From Octopus vulgaris (taxonomy: Eukaryota), in assembly GCA_951406725.2 (NCBI GenBank), contig OX597814.1:167276001-167340000 (forward strand): DNA of 64,000 nt, given 5' to 3'. This document shows positions 40,255 through 54,242 of this stretch, piece by piece (within the stretch, counting starts at the first letter, position 1; every line of letters begins with the position of its first letter). The notes beneath the pieces were generated by a model that worked only from the letters and a program-made list of their open reading frames with translations, was not told the origin of the DNA and did not search any database. The translations under genes were made by a program, and so were the position numbers.

Positions 40255-40999
40255 CAGTAGTTTTATTTTTATTTTTATAGCGTGCTTTCACTTCACTACC
40301 GAGCACAGCTCTGTGTGCCTTGGGTATGTGCTGTGATTTGTTGTGATGCTCTGATGGTTATTGTATGGAAAGTGTTCTGCGTAGGATGTGTGCAGTGCCC
40401 AGTAGTGCAATTTTCTGTATGTTATATGTGTTTGTAAGTCCTGGTGTTTTTGTTATGTATTTGTCTGAATATTTTTTTATCATGCCTAATGCACCTACTA
40501 TGATAGGAATTGTTTCTGTTTTCAGATTCCACATTCTAGTTACCTCTATTTCCAGGTCTTTGTATTTTGAGAGTTTCTCCATTTCTTTTAGAGACACGTT
40601 GTCATCTGCCGGTACTGATACATCAATTAGAAAGCATTTTTTTCTTCATGGTCTCTGACAACTATATCTGGTCTGTTGGCCTTAATTTCTCTATCTGTGT
40701 GTATCGGCATATCCCAGAGTATGGTTGCTTTCTCGTTTTCTGTGACCTTTTCTGGTGTGTGCCTATACCATCTTTTTTCTGTTGTTATTCCATAATGTTG
40801 GCATAGCTTCCAATGTATGTAAGTTCCAACTCTGTCATGTCTGTGAATATATTCCTTCTTAGCCAGGACTGGGCAGCTAGAGATAATATGATTTATTGTT
40901 TCTTGTCCATCTCCACATATTCTGCAGTTACTTGTAATATTTCTTTTCATTACATGTTTTTGGTAATTTCTGGTGGGGAGGCTTTGGTCTTGTGCTGCA
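40255..40999 (-). mobile_element. 5'-truncated R4/Dong-clade LINE (CCHC knuckle plus restriction-like endonuclease)
   Basis: CRICGDGQETINHIISSC, RHD, NRPDIVV..LIDVSVP..EKLSKYKDL, PIIVGALG; (ATT)n on both flanks; one frameshift in the T7 run at about 40637-40643. Confidence 0.88.
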
Positions 41000-41042
<43 letters not shown>

Positions 41043-41694
41043 TTAATACTGTTAATAATCCATTTATTTTTTATTAACATCTTTGTAAAGTTACTCAACT
41101 AACTTTCTTTACTCATTCATGTATCATTCATCTGCCATAATTATGTTATAGAAGTTCACATTTTGTTACCTTGTGTGCTAGCTTCTCATTTTGTCATGGT
41201 TATTACTCAGCTTATCCTATCATTATCTTCTTACATGAGGATTCCCCACTTCTTTTGTCTGCCAGTTAGTTGTAAACATATATGGTTATTAACACTTCTT
41301 TTGCCACCAGTTAAGCTTGAACTACTTTAACTTTCTAATTTATATTGTCACCTAATATTTCTAATATTTTACTTTAATATACAACTATAGATGTATGGGC
41401 CGGTGGGACTTAGGAACTATATTTGTCCTTTAATTTAGGCAAAGTGCAGGTAAAAAATTACAACCAGACTGTATGATTGCTACAATAATCTTTTGGGAAG
41501 AGCTGGCTAGCTTCCTGATATTCAATGTTTCAGAAGAGATGCAATTCAAATTGTGTGGGCTTCTGAGTATTATTTTAATATCCTCAGAAGATTGAAGTTT
41601 TATTTGTGCAATACTATGGAACAAGATTGTCTGAATCACTTGGCTCTGATTTGTATTGAATGAGTCTATGCAAATGCATTTATACATTATAATG

Positions 41695-42185
41695 TTCAAA
41701 ATCAAATTCGATGACTGGCATCCGTGCTAGCAGGGTGCAAAGAGCACCATACTAGCGTGATCATTGACAGAGCAGCTAACTGGCTTCCATGCCAGTGGCA
41801 CTTAAAGAGCACCATCCGAGCGTGATCATTGCCAGAGCAGCCAACTGGCTTCCGTGCCAGTGGCACGTAAAAGGGCACCATTCAGGCATGATCGTTACCA
41901 ACATCACCTTACTGGCACCTGTGCTGGTGGCATGTGTAAAAGGATTCGAACAAGGTCGTTGCCAGAACCGCCTGACTGGCCCCCGTGCCGGTGGCACGTA
42001 AAAAGCACCCACTACACTCCCGGAGTGGTTGGCGTTAGGAAGGGCATCCAGCTGTAGAAACTCTGCCAAATCAAGATTGGAGCCTGGTGCAGCTATCTGG
42101 TTCGCCAGCCCTCAGTCAAAATCGTCCAACCCATGCTAGCATGGAAAGCAGATGTTAAACGATGATGATGATGATGATGATGATG
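41695..42185 (+). mobile_element. RTE 3'UTR-derived repeat, (GAT)n tail
   Basis: gtgcc(a/g)gtggcacgtaaaa modules and common terminal segment. Confidence 0.8.
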
Positions 42186-42349
42186 AATGTTGTCACACTT
42201 ACCAACATATTCAGCTTTAGAAAGCGTTTGTGACTTCTCTTGTTCTGAACTCCTATTTATACCTTTTCATTGATATAATAATGATCTTTAAATATCAAAC
42301 ATTTATCATTTGAGCAAAAAGTTTTGCAATATATTTTGTGGTTATGAGG

Positions 42350-42560
42350 TTATGAGTTGGCGGAGTTGTTACCACACCAGACAAAATATTTAATGGCATT
42401 TCTTCTGGTTCTTTACATTCTGAGTTCAAATTTCACCATCAGCTTTGCCTTTCATCCTTTCTGGGATCAATAAAATGAGTGCCAGTTGTGCACTGGGTGA
42501 ATGTAATCAACTTTCCCTACCCTCAAAATTATTGGCCTTGTACCAAATTTAGAATGAACT
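42350..42560 (+). mobile_element. SINE family B
   Basis: ttctgagttcaaatt and ctttgcctttcatcc core. Confidence 0.65.
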
Positions 42561-43062
42561 ATTTTTGTGATTACACCAGCATTATAGTTTTAACATTACA
42601 TTATTAATTAGTTTAACCAAATATACGATTTGGGGGGAATTTCTTCTTTTTTTTTCTTTCTTCAAACTATTTAAAAAATTCTACCTAAGATACTATCACC
42701 AAGAAAAAAAATCTCCTTAAACATCTGTGTGCACAACTGCTTTTAATCTTTTTTTTTTTGTATGTTGCGTGGATAGTATGTACAACATACAGGGGTCATG
42801 TTATTACCTCTGTACAAGACACTCTGCATAATAAACAAAATATTGCTGCTTTTCAGGCTAATAAAACTTAATTGTTTTTCAGATGGGAAAAAATAATTAC
42901 CTGATTGTAAAAATATTTATTTAATAAATATTATTTTTACAAGGAAATTTAGCACTAAGTTGGTGACCCATTTGTTGAATGAGAATCATCAAAACTCAAC
43001 ATGAATTCATTTCAAACCCATTCACCACTACCACTACCCCTCCCCCACTTCCACCCCCATTT

Positions 43063-43372
43063 GGAGGCACAATGGCCCAGTGGTTAGGGCAGCAGACTCG
43101 CAGTTGTAGGATCGAGGTTTTGATTCCCAGACCGGGCATGGTGAGTGTTTATTGAGCTAAAACACCTAAAGCTCCACAAGGGTCCAGCAGGGGGTAGTGG
43201 CAATCCCTGCTGTACTCTTACACCGCAACTTTCTTTCACTCTTTCTTCTGTTGGCCTGCTCACTTAGCCAGCAGAGTGGCGTAATTTGAAGGCTAAAACA
43301 ATGCGAAGCACATTGTGACCAGCAATGTATAGCAACATTTGATAGCCTGGTCGGTCATGGTGATCACGTTGA
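43063..43372 (+). mobile_element. tRNA-derived SINE (further family)
   Basis: A box TGGCCCAGTGG and B-box-like GGTTTTGATTCCC followed by agaccgggc as in 13383-13712. Confidence 0.7.
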
Positions 43373-43611
43373 TATATATTTATATATATATATATATATA
43401 TATATGTGTATATAATTAATAGTGAAAGATTATCAATTCAGGCAAAATACTTTATTTATAAGTCTCTGTTAGTACACCAGGCTGACAATATTGTTTAGAT
43501 TAGCAAAGAACTCTGTGCATTCTCGTGGCAAGGTCCAAGGTTCAAGTTTATCCCCATTCTATATTGTAAATCCATGGTTGTGTTCCAATTATACTGATTT
43601 TTACACAGAGA

Positions 43612-44035
43612 GATATACAAGATGAGGCATAAATAATGGTCATTGCATATTTCTTTATTGTAGTAAATTTTACTTACAGCTGTTTCCAGGAATCATTATA
43701 GGTTTGTTGTTGGCCCACTGATCAGTTGAAAAGAATTGAATAACCTACAAAATTAATGCTACTTTCATAGCATTATAACCAAGCAGAATACTGAAACATT
43801 ATTTACTGAAAGAATGGTACAAGTTTGTACTATGCTTTTAGTATTCTGCTTGGTTATAATCAGTAATGACTCTGACAAAACTAGCACTAATTGTCTAGGT
43901 CTTTCAATATTGCTCAATGGGCCAATTGAGTAAATCTGTCAATAACAAACCTATGACTACTGTAAACAGCTGTAGGTCAAATTTATTACAATAAAAAAAA
44001 TGTGCAATAACCATTGTTTATGCCTTGTCTTTTGT

Positions 44036-44037
<2 letters not shown>
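43612..44037. repeat. Diverged inverted repeat (arms about 190 bp) of a hammerhead-bearing unit; third copy at 56524-56733
   Basis: 43612-43797 is the reverse complement of 43837-44037; right arm has tgact-CTGACAA...(T)AAACagctGTA-ggtca. Confidence 0.8.
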
Positions 44038-44066
<29 letters not shown>

Positions 44067-44098
44067 TGTATATATATATATACACATATATATATGTG

Positions 44099-44155
<57 letters not shown>

Positions 44156-44157
44156 AT

Positions 44158-44199
<42 letters not shown>

Positions 44200-44200
<1 letters not shown>

Positions 44201-44650
44201 CAGAATTTGTAAGCTGTATATGGCAAAAAAGTTACCCGTTACACCAGTACATAGGCTTGAAAGTAACGGGTAAGTTTTTTCCCCTAGCATTTCTAGATCT
44301 ATAGGAAATATTATATTGACAAGGAAATGAACCTTCGGTTCTAATCCAGAAACGAGTCGTCTATAATTAATCCATAGGCTGGGTTTTCGTTATTTTCTGC
44401 CTTTTTTACCATATACAGCTTACAAATTCTGTTTGTTTGTGGAGACTTTTTACTAGTAGAGGAAATAGTGACCAATTTTGGCTGCTATTTCTAATATTTT
44501 TGGTATGTGGTTTTGAGCAACTTGTTGCATTTAACCCTTAATTATAATTATTATAACCCTTACCAAATATGGTCTTTTCCATACCGACAAATCTACTAGG
44601 TGAAATTGATTAATTTTATTAAATTAATTATATTCCACCCTTTATTGCAT
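44200..44650 (+). mobile_element. (TA)n-embedded element with 32-bp inverted repeat and hammerhead
   Basis: acagaatttgtaagctgtatatgg(c)aaaaaag at 44200-44231 is inverted at 44401-44432. Confidence 0.55.
44310..44367 (+). ncRNA. Type I hammerhead, U3:A8 variant
   Basis: attata-TTGACAA-gga..gaaccttcggttc..tcc-a-GAAA-cgagtc-GTC-tataat; predicted cut after 44361. Confidence 0.6.
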
Positions 44651-44674
44651 ATTATATATATACACATATACAGA

Positions 44675-45808
44675 TTCCATCACATGCCAGTGGGAGAAAC
44701 TAGAAGTAGTTGATAGCTTCTGCTACCTAGGTGACCAAGTCTGTAGTGGGGGTGGATGCTCTTCGAGTGTTGCCACAAGAATAAGAATAACTTGGGCAAA
44801 GTTCAGAAAGCTCCTACCTCTGCTGGTAAAAAAAGGGCCTCTCATTCAGAGTGAAAAGTAAACTGTATGATGCATGTGTGCAAACAGCCATGCTACACAG
44901 TAGTGAAACATGGGCCATGACTGCTGAGGACATACATAGGCTTGAAAGAAATGAAGCTAGTATGATCCACTGGATGTGTAATGTCAGTGTGCATACATGA
45001 CAGTGTGTAAGTGCCTGAGAGAAATGCTGGACATAAGAAGCATCAGATGTGGTGTGCAAGAGAGATGACTTCACTGGTATGGTCATGTGCTATGTATAGA
45101 TGAGGAGAGCTGTGTGAAGAAATATCACATGCTAACAGTGGAAGGAACCCGTGGAAGAGGGAGACCAAGGAAGACTTGGGATGAGGTGGTGAAGCACAAA
45201 CTTCGAATGTTGGGCCTCACAGAGGCAATGACAAGCGACCAAGACCTTTGGAGATATGCTGTGATTGAAAAGACCCTGCAAGTAAAATGAGATCACAGTT
45301 ATGGCTAATACCAGTGTTGCATAATCAGTCCATTTAAAAGTACCCTTGAATCGTTGGGTGATACGCAGCACTAGAGAAGACCTGTTGAGTCAAGTGAAAT
45401 CAAATTGGAGCCAATGATCTGGCAAGTAAAGTGAGATCACAGCCATGGCCAATACCAGTACCACATAACCAGCCCATTTAAAAGTACCCTTGAATTGTCA
45501 GGTGATACGCTGTACCTGAGAAGATATGTTGAGTCAAGTAAAATCAAGATCAAAATGGAAAAAGTAATTGTGGGTGATGCCAGTGCCGCCTGACTGGCAC
45601 TCATGCTGGTGGCACATAATAAGCACCATTTGAGCATAAGTCGATGACAGTGCTGCCTGACTGGCGTAAAAAGCACCCACTACACTCTTGGAGTGGTTGG
45701 TATTAAGAAGGGCATCCAGCTATAGAAACCTTGCCAGATCAGATTGGAGCCTGGTGCAGCCTACTGGTTTGCTAGTCCTCAGTCAAACCATCCAATCTAT
45801 GCCAGCAT
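44675..45808 (+). mobile_element. RTE-clade LINE 3' fragment (degenerate ORF plus 3'UTR)
   Basis: EKLEVVDSFCYLGDQV...AMLHSSETWA...VEGTRGRGRPRKTWDEVVK. Confidence 0.85.
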
Positions 45809-45924
45809 ATATATATATAAGTCGTTGTGGTCTTAAGTCGTTTTTGACTTTCTGCTTGCATGTAGAAATTACCTGTTATAGGTAAATTTCTCTTTGTGTT
45901 TAAATGTACACTATTTTATATTGA

Positions 45925-45958
<34 letters not shown>

Positions 45959-48900
45959 ATACATACATACATACATACATACATACATACATACATACAT
46001 ACATACATACATACATACATGCATACAAATACACACATACACACGCTCATATAAAATGAATGATGACACAAGTACAAGCAGTCTTATATGTATACATATT
46101 TATGGTAAAGACATATCAATAGCACTCAAATGACCAGAAGGTAGAATGACAGTGCAAAGCACTTCGCAGAGTGCAAGGCATGCATTTTGAACTTGCTGAC
46201 CAAGTAACTTAAGCTTTTGTATCCCTACAGAAATGAACAGCTTAAACAGCTTTGAATTGTTGTAAAGCTACCTGTATGCAGTTAAGGCTGTGAATGCAGT
46301 TTTTGCAAGCTAGGGATGATTGTGACTTATCTGCAGACTTCTATGACTGACAACAGATTGGATAATTTAAGCATAATCACTATGTACTAAGCAGCTGATA
46401 TTTGAAGCCATTGTCCTTTGTTTTGCAGTGAAGAACTGAGTCATAAGAATAGTTATCTTGTAGTTTATGTTACTGTAACTTGTAACAATGTATCTATTTT
46501 ACATGTTTTATTATTTTATTTGTTGTAAATTCTGCTATTACACTGAGAAGTGACTTTGAATTTGAGAAGTATAAAACCACATATTATCACACAAATAAAT
46601 AAAAGGTGAGTAGATTGGCAGAAATGTCAGCCAAAATGTCTAGCAGTTTTATTCTGGCTTCCTACCTTCTAAGTTCAAAACAGTTAATTTTTTTTTTACT
46701 TTTCACTTATTTTATATTATAAAGAAAACAAAAAATATTTTATCTATAAATAAAATATTTCGTTTATAAATAAAATAAATGTTCTATTTATTTATGTATA
46801 AATAGAATATTTATTTTATAAATAAAATATTTATTTTATTTGTTGACAAATACGATAAATAAAATATTTTATCAATAATAACATAAAGTACTTTATGCTA
46901 TTGATAGAATAAAGTACCAATCAAGAACTGGTGTTAATGTAATCAAATAACCTCCTCTCCCAAATCTCTGGCCTTGTGCTTATATTAAAAACAATTATTA
47001 CTTATATAATTTTACTCATCTTCATAGCTTTCTGGCTTTCTGAGCAGCTACAAAATGCTGGCGCTACCACTAAGATGATTTCCTGTAGATAGACACCAGT
47101 TATTGTTGTTCGTGGTGTTATTGTTTAACCCCAAGTCACTTCTGACTGAATAGGCCTGTGAGCAAAAGCATTTTAACCATGACCACTTCATCTTTTTTGT
47201 ATATTTATGATTGCATTGTGCAATATAACCTTATTTTTTTTTTTTAGATGATGAAGTGTGATTTGAGAGAAATTTAGCTGCTGTTTCTTGTTGGTTGAGT
47301 GACCATATAGAGATTTCCTGAAATTAAACATTTACCAGTGTTTATTTCTAAATTTCCACATGAAGTTGCTAAATTTCTAAATAAAGTTCTAAAAAGATCA
47401 TGATTAACAACAAAGCAAAATAAGACAATAATACAAGATAGAACTGATAAAATATTCCATCTGACATTTATAAAAATTCTTAAGAAAGATAAAAGAGCAG
47501 GCTAGAATGTTACAACTAACAGATTATATCTGAGATATAAAGTAAATTATTATCAGAGTAAGCAAAATTTAATGGGTTTTTTTTTCTCATTTACTTTTCT
47601 TTTGTTTCTATTCTTTCTCTGTTTGAAGTTGGTATGTTTCTAGATATGCCATGAGTTTCTTACTTTCTTGGATCTTATGATAACAATTACTAAATTAGTT
47701 AATACTATCCTAATTCACTTCTGCTCTGTTATATGTACATCTTCATCATATGAACATAATTATCATGATTTGTTTTTTTTTCTTTACTTCCTTTTCTTTG
47801 TTGTGTTTCTGCTTGTTTTTTTACTAGTATTTTTTGTTTTCACTTTACTGTCCCATTGCTGATGCTTATTCCTTGCTTATTATTCCCTTTCTTCCAATTA
47901 ATATAATCAGCCTCTGCATGATGTATACATAAGGATGAAATGAAATGGAATCAACATGCCAATCTAGTCAACCTAAAAATATCAAAAGCTATCTATGCTA
48001 TCTATAGATATTAAAATATCCCTTCCTGTAAATGCATTAATGACTGCGACTTCTTTTCCTTGTGCAACAGCATCTAAATTATGGAATTTTAGTTTGAAAA
48101 GAACTCCATGTCTCTGCAACACAAAAAGACTTCCAAAATATAATTTTCCCAGAATATGGAAGGAGTTAAGCAAAAGGAGTTAATTAAATTAACCTACTTT
48201 TAGAAAAATATCAAAAGGATAATTAGCTAAAGAATTTCTTGCTAGTTACGTCAGACATTATAATGATTTCTAACATTGGCAGGTAGTCAAGCATTTGGGC
48301 ACAGAAGAAGGTATTGTAGATTAAAGAAGAAGGTATCGTACTTGACTAGTACTTTATTTTATCAAACCCACCAGAAGAATGGAAAGTGAAGCTAATCTCA
48401 TCAAAAGTTGAACTTAGTCTGTATATATTGTATGGCATTTTGACAATATGCTAAATTCTGACAATATGCTAAATTTGCTGTCAGATAATATTAGTTAAAA
48501 GTCTTGTAAAATTTAATAAAGGCACATTATTCCCCAAATCCCAGAAGCAGAATAATACCTGTATCCTTGAAACTTCATAGCAAGCGGTAAGATACAAGAT
48601 AAACAATTAAGATAAAATCATTGTTGGCTGCTGAAAAATAAATTGAATCCTTCATAGCCCTTTTCCTTTTTTATTCTTTCTTGTAAAATTTATTTCATTT
48701 CAGAATCTTTTTCTTTTTGTTACACTCTCAACAATTATGTAATTATGATAATCATCCAAAACAGATTCAACTTTATACAAATCTATTTCCAACAATGTCT
48801 CATACTTATTTTAAATAAAAAATCTTTAGTTCATTTTAATAACAGAATTAATTACAAAAGTACAAAGTATTGTTGTAACTAACAATAGTAAATTAGTGTT

Positions 48901-48969
48901 AACATATTTTATTCTTACTCAATGCCTAATATCATTTTCCTTTTTCTTTTCAAGTGTGGTAGACAACTC

Positions 48970-49024
48970 CAGACATGTTTTCATATTATTCTGACATCAT
49001 CAGAATAATATCAAAACATATCTG
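48970..49024. repeat. Hairpin with 25-bp arms; hammerhead-like residues on the minus strand
   Basis: cagacatgttttcatattattctga-catca-tcagaataatatcaaaacatatctg. Confidence 0.6.
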
Positions 49025-49204
49025 TTAACTTGTTAAGCAAACATATTTTGATGTAATTGGCTGTTTACTTTTTAAATTGGTAATAAGAGAATCCCTAAAT
49101 AAATGAAAAAGTGCATTTTTTGTTGATGAAAGGAAACAGACTTGTTCAGAGAATTGGACATACCAATCACATGAAAATCAATAGGTAAGTTAGTGTTAAC
49201 ATAT

Positions 49205-49419
49205 TTAACCCTTTTGTTATTATATTTTAGTTGAAATACATTGCCTTTGTTTCAATTTTGGAAATAACAAAGAGTTCAATAAAACAACTTTGCTGGTGTT
49301 TGGAATATAAATTAACAGGAAATTTGGATGGAAGGTTTTAATTTAGATCACTTTAAAACAGGAAGTTTATGTCCTAGAGCCAGAAGTGCTCCCAGTCATA
49401 TTGGTAGCAAAAGGGTTAA
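49205..49419. mobile_element. piggyBac-type MITE
   Basis: TTAA-CCCTTTTG...CAAAAGGG-TTAA: TIR plus TTAA target duplication. Confidence 0.8.
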
Positions 49420-49870
49420 TGCATAGAGTATTAAAAATTTAAGCATAGCTGACACTTTGTAGGAAATTGAAGACAACATGCTTGAGAGGAGTGGTTGTGA
49501 AAAGATGCATTCATATTTTGGTAATTAAGATTGTTGATAACATCTTAAAACTCTGGATTCATATAAAAGTTTTGACCAGAGATTCATTAATGTTATTTGG
49601 TTGAATTTAAATGATATCAATGTTTAGTTTTTTAAAATGTTGATAATGGCAGATTAGTTTGTAAAACTGAAGGTAGTACTCCAGTATGGTCTTGATTGCA
49701 ATGCCTAAAACAAATAAAAGAACTGAAGCTGTTTAATGGAAGGATTTCTGTTTTCTTGTATAAGATAAATTGAGCTACATGGAAATTATTGTTCAGGTTC
49801 AAAGAATGTGACTCTAATAACCTTTCTGATTCAAAGTGTGAGTTCTATCTCTCTTGTTCAAAATTCTTAC

Positions 49871-49996
49871 CTTTATCATCAATATGTAAGTGAACCAATT
49901 CACCACCAAACAGGAGAATCTTCCAACCACTTGGATATTGTGTTCTAATGAAAGGAGGAAAGGAAACACTCATGACTTTCTGTAGAACCTCTGGAG
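49871..49996 (-). CDS. Candidate host exon (126 nt, phase 1-1)
   Basis: Pyrimidine tract ctctttccttctctctcgctAG, donor GTAAGA, one open frame PEVLQKVMSVSFPPFIRTQYPSGWKILLFGGELVHLHIDDK. Confidence 0.25.
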
Positions 49997-50963
49997 CTAG
50001 CGAGAGAGAAGGAAAGAGTTATTCTCAGAGTGGTGATCTAGCCTGAATGAGCAGAAAGGACAAGTAGCAGAATTAAACCATGTGATAGATTACATTTACC
50101 ATCTAAAAACAGGAATTCTCCCTTCTTTGGGCTCCCATACAATTCTCTCTCCTAAATTTCACTCACAAGGCTTTGGTTGATTAGAGGCTAATGTAGAAGA
50201 TACTTGCTCAATGTACTGTGTAGTGAAAGTGAATCTCAATCTACATAACTGGGAAGGACCCTTCTTTACCACACAGCTATGCCTGACTCACCACCTTATG
50301 TGACAAAAAATAATACAAAACCACAAATCCAGAGCTGAGGAAAGGCAATTTATTTCATCAACACCAATATGCAAAGGATTCAACACCAATATGCAAAGGA
50401 TAGATATTTTATTGACATCAGAAGGATGAAATGTGAATTCAATCTCAGCAAGATTTGAATTCCTAATGTACCGAGATGTAGCTAAATACTACAAACCAAT
50501 TAATTTGGAACTTTACTATTTCTATCACTTCACTAACTTTGAATTTTATAATTGATTAGACAAGCATATATCATTCCGTCCTTATATTTCACATGAAAGC
50601 TGGTTCTGAAAACCGTCTGACCTATATTTAATATAACAATTTCAGAGATTAACTGGGGTAATGAACTGGTTAACCTTTACCGTGATAATTATCTCTTTTT
50701 AAAGTTTTTGGTTAACATAGATTAGCTAGTTAAATTTTTATGTTTTTTCTTTCAGATAATTTCTCTTCATTCAAGTGCAGAGACCTATATATGAAGTAAG
50801 ATGTAAATCAAGTGATAAACACAAAGTCAGCAAGGTCAAAATACTTCTATAACCATTTACAACATCATTGGACTGGAAATAAAAATCAGTTTAGAACATT
50901 CAAAAGCAACAACATAGTATAAAGCCCTGGTCTAAAATTCTTGATACCAGTCATTCAGTAGAT

Positions 50964-50978
50964 ATAATGATGATGATG

Positions 50979-51048
<70 letters not shown>

Positions 51049-51083
51049 TAATAATGATGATGATGATGATGATACTGATGCTG

Positions 51084-51129
<46 letters not shown>

Positions 51130-51170
51130 TAATCACGACGATGATGATGATGATGTTGATGATGATGATA
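50964..51170. repeat. (AAT)n/(GAT)n microsatellite
   Basis: Direct inspection. Confidence 0.95.
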
Positions 51171-51224
51171 GAAGTAACTCGAGTGTGTAGTCTATAAACA
51201 GAAACTATTCCTATCAAAGTACCA

Positions 51225-51813
51225 GGCAGTGGCTCTCATGGCTTCTGATCTTAACAACTGATTGGAAGTGTTATCATGTACATTGTTCTCTCTTGGTATA
51301 AAAGATGGGCTACTGCAAATATTCTGCTCAATACCATAGATTTACTTGTCAGTTGTTTGACCTTAACCAGTTGAGCATGTCCCTTAGTGGCTGACGATGT
51401 GTGCATCTCTGATCAGGAGCAGAAGTAGTGGGGAAGCATCATAGCCATGTGTTGAGAGGAATTCTTTGGGGTTTGAATAACTCACCTCTGGAAACATGGG
51501 TGTTCATCATCCTTAAACAAACCTTATTCAGGGATCTTTTGAATGGGATGGGCTATACATCATCATCGTCATCCCTTAATGTTCGTTATCCAGGGCCGGC
51601 AAGCTACACCTGACTCAATCTGAAGAAAATTCTAACTGGGCCGCACCTGCAAGGTCATGTGTTATTTATCTTGATATGAGATCACCATGTCATGCACATA
51701 TGGTTGTGATGCATGTGCTTGGTGCACCTTATCAAGCAGAGCAGTCATGATAGGTTTTATTGTACCCCAGTGTCACTTTGATGACATGCATTGCTCTCTC
51801 ACTCAATAATAAT
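51225..51813 (+). mobile_element. Probable retroposon 3' region ending in (AAT)n
   Basis: GC-elevated block ending ctctctcactc(AAT)3; no ORF recognised. Confidence 0.35.
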
Positions 51814-52196
51814 ATCACAATTATGTTTAAAGCATTTTTATTCAACCTCACTACCAGCAGCTTTTTATCAAAGATTTGGACTTTAACACTACAAGGAAAC
51901 AGTTGTATGTGGATCAGTGCTTTCAGTGTTAGAAGAAGATAGTAAGCAAGAGTAATGGTTAAGTTGGAGACAACCAACAATTCAAGAATAGACTTCATGA
52001 AAAGTAGTAAACCCATAAAACTGAAATTCCTTTCTATAAAAAACTATGAAAACATCGTTATTAACTGCCTATCAGCCATAAAAAGTGTGAAATATATCCT
52101 TCATATATTTATTTCTAAAGAATGCTTATTCACTTTTAGCTAGTCTAATTTCAATAATACAATTTTCTGTACGTTGTTTGTTTCTTTCAGTGTGTG

Positions 52197-52253
<57 letters not shown>

Positions 52254-52688
52254 TGTCTGTCTGTCTGTGTGTATATACATATACATGTATATATGTATAT
52301 ATATATATGTGTGTGTATGTGTATATGTATGTATGTATATATATAGACATACATACATACATACATACATACATACATACATACATACATACATACATAC
52401 ATACATACATACAAAAGTATTCAGTGATTTGTTAAAGGTGTTACTATTTTAGTTCCTTTCTTCTCACTTGTGGAGTATCACATACTTCAGTTTTTAAGAT
52501 TTCTGTGATTAAATACTTATTGCTGTTCAAGACTTGTTTTCTTGAAATTTTGCTTATTAACCACTTGTTTTAAAGTGTTATGTTAGATATATATACATAC
52601 ATACATATATATATATATGTGAAAATCAGACAAGGTTGGAATTCTTTTTATTAATATATATATATATATATACTTCTCCCTCTCTCTG

Positions 52689-52736
<48 letters not shown>

Positions 52737-52946
52737 CACATATATACATATATAGACTGTCATTTATAATATAATATAAAGCTATGCATACGAACAAAAT
52801 ACCGAAATGTCTGAGACAAATTGTTGTTATTAAGATTATAATTCTCTGGACTATTAACCTCATCTTTAGTGTATATTTAAGCATACCCCTACAGCTATAT
52901 TTTGATTGGTTCAATATCAGCAATATCCTTTTCAATAATTGGGGTT

Positions 52947-54210
52947 CATCATCATCATCATCATCGTTTTACGTCTCCTTTCCATGCTGGCATGGGTTGG
53001 ACGGTTTGATTGATGACTGGTGAGCCATAGGCTGCACCAGGCTCAATCTGATCTGGCAAAGTTTCTACAGCTGGATGCCCTTCCTAATGCCAACCACTCT
53101 GTGAGTGTAGTGGGTGCATTTACATGCCACCAGCATGAGGGCCAGTCACGTAATTCTGGCAACGACCATGCTAAAAAGGTGTTTTTACATGCTACCTGTA
53201 CAGGAGCCAGTCTGGCGGTACTGGCAACAACCATGCTTGAATATTGTTTTTCACGTGCCACCAGCACATGTGCCAGTAAAGCAACACTGGCAATGATCAT
53301 GCTCGAATGGTGCTTTTCACGTGTCACTGGCATGGCAGCCAATCCATGGCCCTGGCAATGATCATGCTCAAATGTGGTTTTAACGTTCCACTGGCATGAG
53401 TGTCAATCAGGCAGTACTGTCATTGGCCACATCAGCGATTTTGATTTGTTTACACTTGCCTCAATAGGTCTTCAGAAGTAAATCTCATTGTCCAATGAAT
53501 GAGGGGTACTCCACGTTCAGATGTGCTTTTAACATTTTACTGGCACGAGTACAAATCAGGCGGTACTGTCATTGGCTATGTCAACAATTTTGAGTTTGAT
53601 TTCACTTGCTTCAACAGGTCTTCACAAGTAAGGTTTATTGTCCAATGAATGAGGGGTATTCATAAATGGGCTGGTTACACCCACTGGCATAGGCCATGGG
53701 CTATGGTCTCACTTGGCTTATCGGGTCTTCTCAAGCACAGCATATCTCCAAAGGTCTCAGTCACTAGTCATTGCCTCGATAAGGCCCAATGTTCAAAGGT
53801 CATGCTTCACCACCTCATCCCAGATCTTTCTGGGTCTACTTCTTCCACAGGTTCCCTCAACTGCTAGGGTGTGACACTTTTTCACACAGCTCATTCATTC
53901 ACATCACATAACCATACCAGCGCAGTCATCTCTCTTGCACGCCACATCTGATGCTTCTTAAGTCCAACCTTTCTCTCAGGGCACTTACACTCTGTCGTGT
54001 ATTCGCACTGACATTACACATCCAGCAGAGCATACTGGCTTCATTCCTTGCAAGCTTACGTATGTCCTCAGTAGTCACGGCCCATGTTTCACTGCCATAT
54101 AGCATGGCTGTTTGCACACATGCGTCATACAGTCTAGCTTTTACTCTGAGCAAGAGGTCCTTTGTCACCAGCAGAGGTAGGAGCTCTCTGAACTTTACCC
54201 AGGCTATTCA
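52947..54210 (-). mobile_element. RTE-clade LINE 3' fragment
   Basis: LYDACVQTAMLYGSETWA ORF piece, 3'UTR modules and (GAT)n tail; same family as 44675-45808. Confidence 0.87.
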
Positions 54211-54242
54211 TGTCTGAGAATTATTTTTCATATTATATTCAT

